Sequence record: OR352949.1
Direction: 5' to 3' (one strand)
DNA from: Escherichia phage AV119
Length of the DNA: 64,000 bases
Under the pieces are notes generated by a model. The model was given only the letters and a program-made list of their open reading frames with translations, was not told where the DNA came from and searched no databases. The position numbers were made by a program, and so were the translations under genes. This document shows, piece by piece, positions 1 through 12,062 of the stretch; within the stretch, counting starts at the first letter, position 1, and each line of letters opens with the position of its first letter.

Positions 1-106
1 TTAAAATATGTTCCAACGGAAGGTTATATTTCTGGGCAAAATAAGGAAGGCCTGATTGCCAGCTTAAACATACTCCATCAATATCAGTTAAAATAGTAGG
101 CTTCAT
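1..106 (-). CDS. 3'-truncated ORF (window edge), N-terminus MKPTILTDIDGV resembles HAD-hydrolase motif I; T4 30.2-like position
   Basis: ATG at 106..104 overlaps stop of 103..567 ORF (ATGA); reading frame open to window start. Confidence 0.4.
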   Translation of the reverse strand, partial: MKPTILTDIDGVCLSWQSGLPYFAQKYNLPLEHIL

Positions 107-567
107 AGAGAGTCTCTTAATAGGTTTAACACATCAATAAATTCAGCTTCGGTTAGTATTGTATCATCCTTTGTTAGACCACTAGCCATGCTGTGCTTCA
201 AAACTTTTCCTTTCGAGGCTTGTAATGCATCGCGAAAGCCCCTATTTTGGATCGCTGCTTCAAAATATGCATTTGTGTATAATTCTTTCCACGCTGGGGA
301 GTATCTTGAAAATGGAACTCCAAGCCAGAAGAGGGTCCCACGGTCCTGAGCTCTAGCATAAGACCTTCCAGCTTGTTGGGCGGCAAGCCCAGATAACCCA
401 AATATACGACGTTGTTGTTCAACGTTTTTCACCTTGCATCCTTGGAGGAATCCTTCAAGACCTCCAAATTGAATACCATCCATAACGAAAGGCCAATGGG
501 CGAAATTACTTAATGCGCATGATGGCCATCTAAAATTGCTTCTAATCTCTAACTCAGACATTTTCAA
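103..567 (-). CDS. NADAR/YbiA-like (DUF1768) protein, T4 30.3-like
   Basis: 154-aa ORF; family assignment from remembered sequence character; positional analog upstream of rIII. Confidence 0.6.
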   Translation of the reverse strand: MKMSELEIRSNFRWPSCALSNFAHWPFVMDGIQFGGLEGFLQGCKVKNVEQQRRIFGLSGLAAQQAGRSYARAQDRGTLFWLGVPFSRYSPAWKELYTNAYFEAAIQNRGFRDALQASKGKVLKHSMASGLTKDDTILTEAEFIDVLNLLRDSL

Positions 568-760
568 TACTTATAATTTCAACATCAGCCCAATGACCAT
601 AGCAAGGAAGACGAAATTCAACTGGCCAGTTAGGGTCCTTTTCTAATATAATAGACTTAACTTGTGGTTCTTCATGTTCATCAGTATATGGATTTTTATC
701 TGTTACTTTATATGTGACCTTAATGTACTGAATTCCAAAAATCTTATTAATTATATTCAT
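554..760 (-). CDS. hypothetical protein (68 aa), T4 30.x-like
   Basis: ORF in tightly packed co-oriented array, overlaps neighbours by a few nt. Confidence 0.5.
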   Translation of the reverse strand: MNIINKIFGIQYIKVTYKVTDKNPYTDEHEEPQVKSIILEKDPNWPVEFRLPCYGHWADVEIISIENV

Positions 761-954
761 ACTAATTCCTTTAATCCGTAAATAGGAGATAATTCATCAC
801 CCATACGAAGGTCTTCATTTCCATCTACCCAGGAAACAATATAAGCCTCTTTTATTTGAACACCACTCCATTTAAATGGAGGTAGAACCTTAGAAATTAA
901 TCCAGGTATACCAACTCCCTTTAATTCAACAGTTTGACCTAAAAAGAATTTCAT
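757..954 (-). CDS. hypothetical protein (65 aa), T4 30.x-like
   Basis: co-oriented ORF, start/stop overlap with neighbours. Confidence 0.5.
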   Translation of the reverse strand: MKFFLGQTVELKGVGIPGLISKVLPPFKWSGVQIKEAYIVSWVDGNEDLRMGDELSPIYGLKELV

Positions 955-1241
955 TAGAACCTCATCTGAAAACCGTGCGATTTAACATTACCACCGCCAA
1001 TATCAGAAATGTTAATTTCACTCGCAATTGAAGGGTCAATGTCAATTTCGCGATTGAGTTTAGTGATAGCTAAAGTATCACGCCCATTTACTGTACGGAA
1101 TTCTAAAGGACAAACTACATCAACGTAATTTTTAATCGATTCACTGGTAGGTTGCAAATGAGCAGGAAGATCTTTGGGCGCCTTTGAGAAAACCACTTCA
1201 CAGAAATTTTTACGGGTATCAAAATAAGTAGTCATAAACAT
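954..1241 (-). CDS. hypothetical protein (95 aa), T4 30.x-like
   Basis: co-oriented ORF. Confidence 0.5.
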   Translation of the reverse strand: MFMTTYFDTRKNFCEVVFSKAPKDLPAHLQPTSESIKNYVDVVCPLEFRTVNGRDTLAITKLNREIDIDPSIASEINISDIGGGNVKSHGFQMRF

Positions 1242-1282
1242 GGTATTTTCCTCAGTAAGGGGCCGAAGCCCCTCATTTTATT

Positions 1283-1648
1283 TTAAATATCAAATTCATT
1301 AAGAACTACATCAAAGATTGCTTCGAGATGTTCAGGTTTAGCTCTGTTACTCAGAATATGACGAATCCAAGTTTTAACCAAAAGCTTGCGATTAACGCCA
1401 TTCCAGCAAGGATGAGTCCCTAAATCGCGTTGACGAAAATCATCATCCAGAGCGATTTTAAAGTTGGAACCTTCCATTGTGATTGAAACCGTGATGCCAT
1501 TTTCAAATCGCATATAAACGTAATTAGGAGTCATATACTGCTCAATTTCGCATACTGATCCATTTTGATGTTTCCAAAGGCAAATAGTATCAATAGAACC
1601 TGCAATACCATTAGAAACATATTTACGTTCAAAGTTGATGTAGTTCAT
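1283..1648 (-). CDS. hypothetical protein (121 aa), T4 30.7-like position
   Basis: co-oriented ORF. Confidence 0.55.
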   Translation of the reverse strand: MNYINFERKYVSNGIAGSIDTICLWKHQNGSVCEIEQYMTPNYVYMRFENGITVSITMEGSNFKIALDDDFRQRDLGTHPCWNGVNRKLLVKTWIRHILSNRAKPEHLEAIFDVVLNEFDI

Positions 1649-1716
1649 TTTTGTTCTCCGAGATGTTTAATTGCGGTACAGGTATATAATATCATATCCT
1701 GTACCAAAGTAAACAA

Positions 1717-2049
1717 TTATTTTACTACTTTCCAATGCTGCATGTCAAGTTTACCAACTTTTTTCATCTTCTCAATTAAGCGTTCGGCACGTTGGCGAGC
1801 TGTAACATAATGCCATTCGCCTAATTCATTTTGTTCAATTTTTCCAACGATTACTGTATTCAATTCATAAATCCAACCAGTAAAGAAATTATGAACTTGA
1901 ATTGTAAAGGTGAAATCTGTTCCCATACCTTCTGTTGTTTCTACTTCAATAATATCACCTTCAACTGCCATTAAGAACCACATAGTTTCATCATATTTAC
2001 CATTGAAGCATTTAGTTTTAACTGCAGCGTTCAGATTAATCGTTTTCAT
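1717..2049 (-). CDS. hypothetical protein (110 aa), T4 30.8-like position
   Basis: co-oriented ORF downstream of early promoter. Confidence 0.55.
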   Translation of the reverse strand: MKTINLNAAVKTKCFNGKYDETMWFLMAVEGDIIEVETTEGMGTDFTFTIQVHNFFTGWIYELNTVIVGKIEQNELGEWHYVTARQRAERLIEKMKKVGKLDMQHWKVVK

Positions 2050-2072
2050 TTTATTCTCCTTTGTTTGTGTAA

Positions 2073-2106
2073 GATAATACTATCACAAAGGAACCATACT
2101 GTAAAC
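2073..2106 (-). promoter_or_regulatory. early-type promoter (GTTTAC -35, TAGTATTAT -10)
   Basis: plus strand shows aagataatacta...gtaaac; minus strand reads GTTTAC-N18-TAGTATTAT upstream of ORF 1717..2049. Confidence 0.45.
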
Positions 2107-2130
2107 AACTTTGTGCAATCTTTGGAAAAT

Positions 2131-2154
2131 AAAAAAGGACTCCCGAAGGAGTCC
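2131..2154 (-). terminator. rho-independent terminator hairpin (ggactcc-cgaa-ggagtcc) with U-tract on minus strand
   Basis: perfect 7-bp stem, CGAA loop, A-run on plus = U-run on transcript; identical copy at 56103..56125. Confidence 0.55.
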
Positions 2155-2159
2155 TCAAC

Positions 2160-2336
2160 TTATGCTTTCTGCTTACCAAAACGAGAAGCATCATCTCGAA
2201 GAACCGCACGTGCTCGGCGCATGATCTTCTCAACAGTTTGATTGATACGAGAGTTCGACCCACGCTTGTAGCCAGCGCGTTTAGAATCACCAACTTTCTT
2301 TTCAACTGCTTTCTTTGCTTTAACTTGTTTTGCCAT
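2160..2336 (-). CDS. small basic protein (58 aa from MAKQVK; ORF track extends to 2378), T4 30.9-like position
   Basis: K/R-rich ORF; internal ATG at 2336 chosen as start, uncertain. Confidence 0.45.
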   Translation of the reverse strand: MAKQVKAKKAVEKKVGDSKRAGYKRGSNSRINQTVEKIMRRARAVLRDDASRFGKQKA

Positions 2337-2580
2337 TATAAATTCTCTTTTAAATGAAAATGCAGGACTTATTGGCATTGCCTGCGCAAGCCCTCAAGGG
2401 AACATAGGTTTTTGGATATTTAACGACCAGGATAACCATAAACCCGTCATCATTCACATTCAAGAGGTACACCATAAAACTGCCGGGGTCTTAAAACTAT
2501 AATGATTCGCAAATCATTAATCAGACAGTTCGATGGCTCCTCGATTTTAGCTCACACTAAGGCAGTGAATCTCCAATAAA

Positions 2581-2829
2581 TTACTTCAATGTTACCACAA
2601 AGTGACGAACTGCTTTTCGTGCAGCAGAAGCCAGAGGCTTAGCATACTTAAGTTCATCTTTTTCCTGGAGCTCAGCAGCTAATGCAGTTTGAGCAGGATT
2701 CAGATGTTTGAAATAACGCAGGATTTCAAGAGCTTCGGCTTCAACATCAATAGATGCGCCATAGTTTTCGTGACCATTATTCCATGCGTTTCGTTGCAGT
2801 TCAAGAGCGTGTTGTAATTGTTTAATCAT
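2581..2829 (-). CDS. rIII: lysis inhibition accessory protein rIII
   Basis: 82-aa ORF matching remembered T4 rIII length and sequence character; position between 30.x array and gene 31. Confidence 0.85.
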   Translation of the reverse strand: MIKQLQHALELQRNAWNNGHENYGASIDVEAEALEILRYFKHLNPAQTALAAELQEKDELKYAKPLASAARKAVRHFVVTLK

Positions 2830-2976
2830 TTAAAAATTCTCGTTAGAGATTAAAACTCGGTAGTCACGTTCTTCTGAATTTCATCTTCTTTCGACAGATC
2901 TCTCAGTTGTAGACTACCACATAGAATTGTTCGGTTAACTTATTATTCCGACACCCAATTCATATTATTATTTATA

Positions 2977-3312
2977 TCACTTATAAAGACACGGAATAGC
3001 TTTATAGTGACAGGTAACGAATTTTTGTTTAATTTCTTTTGGCTGCTTAAGACCCAGAGCTACAAAAGGATGCGGAACGTTTCGAATTTGACCAACTGGA
3101 AGAGAAGTCAAATCACCAACTTCACAAAAACCTTCAGGAACATCAGGACCGACAGAGTGAATTACACACAGTTCAGGAACTTCACCTTGGACACGTTTAC
3201 CGATAATAAGTCCTGATTCTGTAACTTCTTCATCACCGGCTTGTGCAGGTTCAGAAACTAAAATAACATATTCACCGACAGCACGAATTGGTAGCTGTTG
3301 TACTTCAGACAT
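2977..3312 (-). CDS. 31: gp31 co-chaperonin (GroES analog) for capsid folding
   Basis: 111 aa, matches T4 gp31 length and position. Confidence 0.9.
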   Translation of the reverse strand: MSEVQQLPIRAVGEYVILVSEPAQAGDEEVTESGLIIGKRVQGEVPELCVIHSVGPDVPEGFCEVGDLTSLPVGQIRNVPHPFVALGLKQPKEIKQKFVTCHYKAIPCLYK

Positions 3313-3368
3313 CGTTTTTCCTTTTTGTTAACAGATGAATTAATAATAACAAATAATTCTTAAAGCAT

Positions 3369-3677
3369 TTATTTACCAATAAATTGAAGCAAATGCTCAA
3401 CTTTCATACCATTAACAGAAATCAATTTGTCAATAGAAAAACCTCGCCATGCGCCAAGTTCAACATCAAATATTGGAATCATGTCAGTAGATTCTTTCCG
3501 AGTAGATTCAGTCAATTTACCAGTTTGCATGGTTGGCATAAAGTCTGCATCACGCGTACCTTTCATAGTACGAATAGTACCATCAGACTTTTCAAAAACT
3601 ACGTTTGAAACACCCATGGACAGTTTAGTTTTCAAAATTTCACGAATTGCTACTTTCTGCTCAGTTGTCAGTTTCAT
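3369..3677 (-). CDS. hypothetical protein (102 aa), T4 31.1-like
   Basis: co-oriented ORF between 31 and cd. Confidence 0.55.
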   Translation of the reverse strand: MKLTTEQKVAIREILKTKLSMGVSNVVFEKSDGTIRTMKGTRDADFMPTMQTGKLTESTRKESTDMIPIFDVELGAWRGFSIDKLISVNGMKVEHLLQFIGK

Positions 3678-3914
3678 TTATTTACCTATCACAGTTTTAA
3701 TATGAGTTGTTCCACGTTCTTTAAGGGTGGAAAGTAATTTTTGGCATTTTTCTAAATCAGATTTCCAACTATATGGTCTATCAATACTAGTCCAATCAGT
3801 TTTATAATACTGTTTCCATTTAGAGAAAAAATATTTCTTATACTCTACAGCAAATGAGATGTTCTCGTTAGAATAAGAACTAATTGCTGTGAGCTTTACC
3901 AAACGAAATTTCAT
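3678..3914 (-). CDS. hypothetical protein (78 aa), T4 31.2-like
   Basis: co-oriented ORF between 31 and cd. Confidence 0.55.
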   Translation of the reverse strand: MKFRLVKLTAISSYSNENISFAVEYKKYFFSKWKQYYKTDWTSIDRPYSWKSDLEKCQKLLSTLKERGTTHIKTVIGK

Positions 3915-4495
3915 TATTCACCGCAGAATTCGTTGATATTTTCCCAGTTTAACTTATTCAAGTTTTTCTTAGGAACATTAAACACTTCAATACCTGCATT
4001 TCGCAGAATATCATCCCAACCAGGTTTATTTTTGTCGTATGTTTCACAATAAACCAGCTTTTTAATACCAGATTGAGCTATCGCTTTTGCGCAATCTGGG
4101 CAAGGAGAAAGTGTTACATACATAGTAGCACCTTCAATAGAAGAACCATTTCGTGCAGCAAACAAAATTGCATTTAGTTCAGCATGAATTTCATTTTTAG
4201 ATGACCATTCCGAGTGAGCACTACGATGTTCTTTCGCCAAAACAAAACGATCAGTTGAACCAAATGATACGCATTCAGGCTTATGACCTTGAATGATAGT
4301 ATGTTTAGGCTTATTCAACAACCAACCTTGCTCAGCAGCATAATCACAACAGTTCACACCCCCTGCGGGGGAACCATTATACCCAGTAGAAATAATACGT
4401 CCATTCTTTTCAATTACTGCTCCTACCTTCCAGGAGCAACATTTTGATTCCTGCGATACTAAATATGCAATTTGAAGTACTGTACTCGCTTTCAT
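3914..4495 (-). CDS. cd: dCMP deaminase
   Basis: 193 aa; cytidine/dCMP deaminase zinc motifs (HAE...PCxxC); T4 Cd length. Confidence 0.9.
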   Translation of the reverse strand: MKASTVLQIAYLVSQESKCCSWKVGAVIEKNGRIISTGYNGSPAGGVNCCDYAAEQGWLLNKPKHTIIQGHKPECVSFGSTDRFVLAKEHRSAHSEWSSKNEIHAELNAILFAARNGSSIEGATMYVTLSPCPDCAKAIAQSGIKKLVYCETYDKNKPGWDDILRNAGIEVFNVPKKNLNKLNWENINEFCGE

Positions 4496-4830
4496 TTCAT
4501 AATCACCAGATAAGCAGATTTAGCAGTTTCAACACGATAAATTTCGTGACGAAGTTTAGTTATACTTTTAATAACAGAACTAATTATATTCTGTCCGTCT
4601 TTAAAGCGGTTTTTCTTATCAATAAAAATTGCACCAGTCATCTTTTTGTGAAGCTCAACTGGATACTTCGTCACAATAATAGCATCATACACAGAAGGAT
4701 GAATACTATTCACCAGAGTATCATTCATTAAAGTTATTCTAATGAACTTTGCTGTTTCAGAGTCAAGCGCTCTATGATCACCAGTATCGTTTTCAAGACA
4801 ATTATCAATTATATCAGTTAAATTCATCAT
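4492..4830 (-). CDS. hypothetical protein (112 aa), cd.1-like
   Basis: co-oriented ORF, stop/start overlap. Confidence 0.55.
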   Translation of the reverse strand: MMNLTDIIDNCLENDTGDHRALDSETAKFIRITLMNDTLVNSIHPSVYDAIIVTKYPVELHKKMTGAIFIDKKNRFKDGQNIISSVIKSITKLRHEIYRVETAKSAYLVIMK

Positions 4831-5063
4831 AGTACGCCATACACCCTTTGTGCTTCAACTAATCCATCAAAATCCAATTTGAGATGTGTTATTTGGTCAC
4901 CATCACCTGGATTCACAATTACTAATACTGAACGAGGAGTTTCGGTAATAACACGAACCGATGTTTCTGGAAATCGTTCAGAAACCTTATTTACCAATTC
5001 CTGAGCAAATAGTTTAACTTTTTCTTGGAATTCTTTAACAGTAATTGGTTTTTCACTTAGCAT
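4827..5063 (-). CDS. hypothetical protein (78 aa), cd.2-like
   Basis: co-oriented ORF. Confidence 0.55.
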   Translation of the reverse strand: MLSEKPITVKEFQEKVKLFAQELVNKVSERFPETSVRVITETPRSVLVIVNPGDGDQITHLKLDFDGLVEAQRVYGVL

Positions 5064-5124
5064 TTTGTTTTCCTCATTTGTTTGGTAGAGCTATAATATC
5101 ACAACTCTACCATAAAGTAAACCA

Positions 5125-5406
5125 TTAAATTGCTTTGAATTCTGATGTCTGTGATTCAAAGCGAATATCGCCTTTGATGACTAGCTCAGCATCAAGACCG
5201 AATACGACAATGATATGCGCGGAACCCGGATACAGTTGAATAACAACAGAATCTACTTGATCAGGAAGCAAAGTGTTCAATACATGAGTCACTTGAGCAT
5301 GAATTCGAAGCTCGGCTGCGTTATCAAGCTTTTCAAACATATTATTAGCGATAATTTGACTAAACACTACTTCTACGATTTTAGAATAAGTCGGAAACAT
5401 ATTCAC
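5125..5406 (-). CDS. hypothetical protein (93 aa), cd.3-like
   Basis: co-oriented ORF. Confidence 0.55.
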   Translation of the reverse strand: MNMFPTYSKIVEVVFSQIIANNMFEKLDNAAELRIHAQVTHVLNTLLPDQVDSVVIQLYPGSAHIIVVFGLDAELVIKGDIRFESQTSEFKAI

Positions 5407-5595
5407 CCCACATAATTTTCTTCAAGCCAATTAATAACATCCAACGCATTATCAAAAGTTGAACCATCTACTATGTCTTCTGTTTCATAATCAAGAATAT
5501 CTAAGTCTATTCTTCCATCAACAATAGGCCATAAACAAAATAGATATTTCTTTTCTTTTTCAATTTTATCGCAAAGTTGATAAATCTTTTCTATG

Positions 5596-5603
<8 letters not shown>
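5403..5603 (-). CDS. hypothetical protein (66 aa), cd.4-like
   Basis: co-oriented ORF. Confidence 0.5.
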
Positions 5604-6695
<1,092 letters not shown>

Positions 6696-6923
6696 TTATT
6701 TTTTCTCAACTAATGATTGAATATAATCATGCAGATCTTTAGATGCTTTGCCCCACTTATTTTGGTATTCATTTTTAAGATTAGCACGTGATTGAGCTAA
6801 TAAAACATCATTAGTTGGAGGTAAAGATTCTAATCGCTGAATCTGGCGTCCATAAATCATTGCAGCCATCTCGGATTCATAAATCAATCCTTTGAGATGT
6901 TCAAATTGATGCCATGAAATCAT
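6696..6923 (-). CDS. hypothetical protein (75 aa), pseT.1-like
   Basis: co-oriented ORF. Confidence 0.55.
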   Translation of the reverse strand: MISWHQFEHLKGLIYESEMAAMIYGRQIQRLESLPPTNDVLLAQSRANLKNEYQNKWGKASKDLHDYIQSLVEKK

Positions 6924-7219
6924 TTACATTTATCCTCTTTTAACTCTTGACGATAATAACATATCATAGTTTTCTGGTCGTGTACATATCGTTTTACATC
7001 ATTAAGCCAAATACGAAATTCCTGAGAATCTTCAAATGGCATACCGACCCAAGCTTTACCATCAATAACTTTAACTTGCCAAGATAATTTAGCTTCGTCA
7101 TATGACTTTATTTGTACAGGCCAATTAGGATGAACTGTTTCTTTCTTTACTTCTAGAGGCTTTGTCGAACAACCAACTAGAAGACCAATAGATAATATTA
7201 CTGCTGATAGTTTAATCAT
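6920..7219 (-). CDS. putative lipoprotein (99 aa), pseT.2-like
   Basis: N-terminal signal peptide ending in LVGC lipobox. Confidence 0.55.
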   Translation of the reverse strand: MIKLSAVILSIGLLVGCSTKPLEVKKETVHPNWPVQIKSYDEAKLSWQVKVIDGKAWVGMPFEDSQEFRIWLNDVKRYVHDQKTMICYYRQELKEDKCK

Positions 7220-7569
7220 TTAGAAAGGTCCTGGATGTCTTCTGCGAACTTGTTGAAGGAGTTGTTGATTTGTTTTTCAACCAATCCTGGCTTATGAGCC
7301 ACCACATCCGCCTTCTTTGCATCTTTGCGCAGTTTTTCATTTTCACGCTCAATAGCAGCAATTGCCTCACGATTTTTATTATTCATCGCATCAATATAAT
7401 TATACTGAATTCGCAAATTATTTAATGCTAAGGCGTTTTCATTGGCCGTTTTTGTAATTTCAGTAACTGATGTTTCTAATCTTTCTACCTTATTTTTTAA
7501 AATAATAGATGTTCCGCCAAATGCTATTACAAGTAATAGCAATCCAGCTGTAAAATTACTTACATGCAT
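7216..7569 (-). CDS. membrane-anchored coiled-coil protein (117 aa), pseT.3-like
   Basis: N-terminal hydrophobic segment then charged helical region. Confidence 0.55.
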   Translation of the reverse strand: MHVSNFTAGLLLLVIAFGGTSIILKNKVERLETSVTEITKTANENALALNNLRIQYNYIDAMNNKNREAIAAIERENEKLRKDAKKADVVAHKPGLVEKQINNSFNKFAEDIQDLSK

Positions 7570-8063
7570 AAAGTTTTAATAACCTCTATAATATCGTCTT
7601 GAGAAAGACCGTTAATTAAAATATGATGTTCAGCTGGAGATTTAGAAATTTTAAAGCATGCCTCAACATCTTCTGCCATATCCGATGCACTACGATTTGG
7701 ATTACTAATTCCAAGACGATGCTTTCCAGTCAAAGGATTAACGATGATATAGCATTTACAACTATTGATATGAACATTAGGTTGAGTCTGATTAATAAAT
7801 ACATCACAATCATATTTCGCAAGCTGATTTTCTAAAAAGACTTTCATCTCTTCAACCGCATCAGGAAGCATATCACGGGCTTGCTCAAGACGACGATTTC
7901 GATATTCTTTAATGGTCGTTTTCCGCTTGACTTGCTTAGCTAAATCTTTCTTAAGATCGGTGATATATCCAACTCGACGGTTTCCTTTAAATACAGAAAT
8001 CCCATCTGTAGTATCACCGTATGCTTCAACGACCATTTCAGTAGTAATTAGCTGCAAATCCAT
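7560..8063 (-). CDS. alc: Alc, inhibitor of host transcription on cytosine-containing DNA
   Basis: 167 aa from second Met; matches remembered T4 Alc sequence. Confidence 0.85.
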   Translation of the reverse strand: MDLQLITTEMVVEAYGDTTDGISVFKGNRRVGYITDLKKDLAKQVKRKTTIKEYRNRRLEQARDMLPDAVEEMKVFLENQLAKYDCDVFINQTQPNVHINSCKCYIIVNPLTGKHRLGISNPNRSASDMAEDVEACFKISKSPAEHHILINGLSQDDIIEVIKTLCM

Positions 8064-8092
8064 CATAAAGTCCTCATGTTATGTCAGTAAGA

Positions 8093-8124
8093 CTACTATA
8101 ACACAACACGAGGGACTTGTAAAC
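8093..8124 (-). promoter_or_regulatory. early-type promoter upstream of alc
   Basis: minus strand GTTTAC (8124..8119), spacer, TATAGTAG -10. Confidence 0.4.
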
Positions 8125-8127
8125 AGC

Positions 8128-9715
<1,588 letters not shown>

Positions 9716-9723
9716 AATAAAAT

Positions 9724-9737
9724 GGGCCTTGCGGCCC
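9724..9737 (-). terminator. GC hairpin (gggcc-ttgc-ggccc) followed by U-rich tract on minus strand, between nrdB and denA
   Basis: 5-bp GC stem, tetraloop, attttat on transcript. Confidence 0.35.
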
Positions 9738-9742
9738 ACTCC

Positions 9743-12011
9743 TTAAAAATATTTTTTAAAACTCATCATAACTTTATCATCAACATCATTATCAATCTGT
9801 GCTACAAGGTAAGATGACAGTTCTACTTCTTGCGGTGCAGATTGAACATTATCAGAATTAAGATATTCACGAATCCAAGGATACGGATGTTTAACCGGAG
9901 CATCGGTAATTGGGCATGGAAGACCACATTGTTTCATACGAGATACAGTTAAGTAATCAATAAAGCTCCACATGCTATTTGTATTTAATCCAGGAACATC
10001 GCCGTCTTTAAATAAATGAACTGCCCAATCTTTTTCTTGGCGGTTAACTTCCATGAAAATATCAACTGCTTCTTGTTCACACTCTTGAGCAATTTTAACC
10101 CATTCATCGCCATCAGTACCGGATTGAAGTTGACGAATAATATATTGAGTGCCTTTAAGGTGAAGCTGCTCATCACGTGCAATGAACTTCATAATCTTGG
10201 CATTACCTTCCATGATTTCCATGTTCTTATGGAAGTTAAAGGTACCGTATGTTCGATTGAGCTCGCTAATTCTCAACCCGTTCTCTTATGAACTGCTGCA
10301 TGTTACCATGCAGTCCAGACTATATCACAATCCCGGAGGGATTCTCCCCATTTCGAGTCGCTTGACCCTACGTCCGAAGACTAGTCGTTGAACCTTGTTT
10401 TGCAATTGTCGCCGTGCCATCGTTTATATGTTGATGGTGATAAATCTTTCTTACCACAATATGGACAATTCAATTGAATTCTATTTGGATTTAATTTACA
10501 TCTGTCATTATGTTTTAGATAAAATCCAGGACCTTTACCAATGTGACCACAGAAATCACATGTGATTTCTTTTTGTGCAGGATGGGTCCCGTTCTTAACC
10601 ATTTCTAATGTTTTTGCTGATGTTCTTTTCTTATGGTCTTCTGATAAGAAATGATGTGAACCGTCATTTACCCGTTTTGATTGAGTTTCTGACTGCATTT
10701 TACCACCGCAAAATACATGAGTACCTTCTTTTATAGCTGCAATATTGCGTTCTTTAACTTTTGCAATATGCTCAGCTTGTTGAAAATTATGTATACCTAA
10801 TGCAACTCTATTTAAATTAGATTTACGCTGTATTTCACCATCTAAAAGATGAAATGTACCATTTTCTATCTTAGATTTAATAGAGGCAATATTTTTAGCT
10901 CGTACTTCAGGGATATTAAAAATCTGGATTTCTCTAGATTTTGCGGCTTTAGAAGCTAATTCAGAAATTTCTTCAGGAGAATATTTCATTCTAAGCTTTA
11001 TAGCATGACAAGCCTGATAATCTTTTTGAGCTAAATGTATATCATAATGTTCCTGTATAGAAAGGCACATCAAATTATCTAAATCATTATTTTCACGGTT
11101 ACCGTCTTTATGATGGATTTCGTATGTTCTTCCATCAGAATCTTTAGGTATAGGTCCGTTAGCATCTATCCAAATTTTTCTATAGTTCAATTGTGCATCC
11201 TCTTAAAAGTATAATCATATTTATATTATACTAATTAAAGGTGCAAGCAAAACCTTGGCTGCTAGTTTTCCTATAAAGGACTTTCCAGCAATTAAAGGAG
11301 TTTTCGATAAACGTTACCGTTTAAAGGCGCATTTTACGCAAAAGATACATAAAAACGAATAGCTTCCAATGCGTTGATTACATGGAGGCAAAGGTAAAGA
11401 GATTTCATTAAAGCACGTTTAGCTTCGGCTTCTTGTTTAATAGCTCGGTTTAAACGAAAGACGGCATCAGGAGATTCTTTAGCTAGTTCTACAAATTCTT
11501 TAGCATTTTCCCATTCACGGGTTTTAATCAGAACATCATCATAATAACGTCCAATGGATTCAGCACGTTTCATAATAGCTTCATCTAATACAATTTCATC
11601 AAATACCTTCGATGGATCAGTATAAAGATTTCGCATGATATGAGTATATGAACGACTGTGAATAGTTTCACTAAAAGTCCATGTAGCAACCCATGTATCA
11701 AGGCTTGGGTCTGAAATTAATGGCATAAGTACAGCAGACGGCGCACGACCTTGAATACTATCAAGTAATGATTGATACTTCAGATTATTAGTAAAAATAT
11801 TTTGTTGATACTGAGGAAGCTTATTAAATTGAGTAGCATCCATCATTAAGTTTACTTCTTCAGGACGCCAGAAAAATGACAACTGCTTTTCGGTTAAATC
11901 TTCAAAAACTTTATGACGTTGAATATCATAACGCGCAATACCAAGACCTGAACCAAAAAACATAGGTTCTTTTAAAACATCAACTGGATTTGTATTAAAA
12001 ACTGTGCTCAT
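9743..12011 (-). CDS. nrdB: ribonucleotide reductase small subunit NrdB, interrupted by a group I intron; exon 1 11336..12011, exon 2 9743..10245
   Basis: exon 1 ORF ends ...[10 protein letters not shown], exon 2 resumes ...TFNFHKNMEIMEGNAKIM, together matching class Ia R2 (E. coli ...[28 protein letters not shown]); predicted junction gives VSFA-C-TFNF. Confidence 0.85.
10246..11335 (-). mobile_element. group I self-splicing intron in nrdB (about 1090 nt) carrying an HNH homing endonuclease ORF
   Basis: exon 1 ends in U (11336), intron ends in G (10246), splice restores frame; RB3-type nrdB intron architecture. Confidence 0.75.
10381..11190 (-). CDS. HNH homing endonuclease, I-TevIII-like (269 aa), intron-encoded
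   Basis: HNH motif EIHHKDGNRENNDLDNLMCLSIQEHYDIH; C-terminal Cys4 zinc-finger-like CDFCGH...CPYCGK; TTG start 8 nt after AAGAGGA. Confidence 0.8.
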   Translation of the reverse strand: MNYRKIWIDANGPIPKDSDGRTYEIHHKDGNRENNDLDNLMCLSIQEHYDIHLAQKDYQACHAIKLRMKYSPEEISELASKAAKSREIQIFNIPEVRAKNIASIKSKIENGTFHLLDGEIQRKSNLNRVALGIHNFQQAEHIAKVKERNIAAIKEGTHVFCGGKMQSETQSKRVNDGSHHFLSEDHKKRTSAKTLEMVKNGTHPAQKEITCDFCGHIGKGPGFYLKHNDRCKLNPNRIQLNCPYCGKKDLSPSTYKRWHGDNCKTRFND

Positions 12012-12062
12012 AAATTTTCCGCTTAGTTAATAGTTGGTGACTCGTCCGTGAGTCAAATTATA

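Noticed and set aside
1565-1810. Plus-strand ORFs lying antisense inside minus-strand genes (e.g. 1565..1810, 3007..3216, 6369..6713, 12077..12289, 36357..36707, 47222..47680, 47943..48341)
   Set aside because: Each is fully embedded in a well-supported gene on the opposite strand, has no RBS or promoter context and low-complexity hydrophobic translations typical of AT-rich antisense frames.
2379-2580. 200-bp gap between rIII and the upstream ORF examined for a tRNA or small RNA gene
   Set aside because: No acceptor stem/T-loop (GTTCRANYC) cloverleaf could be drawn; more likely promoter/UTR sequence.
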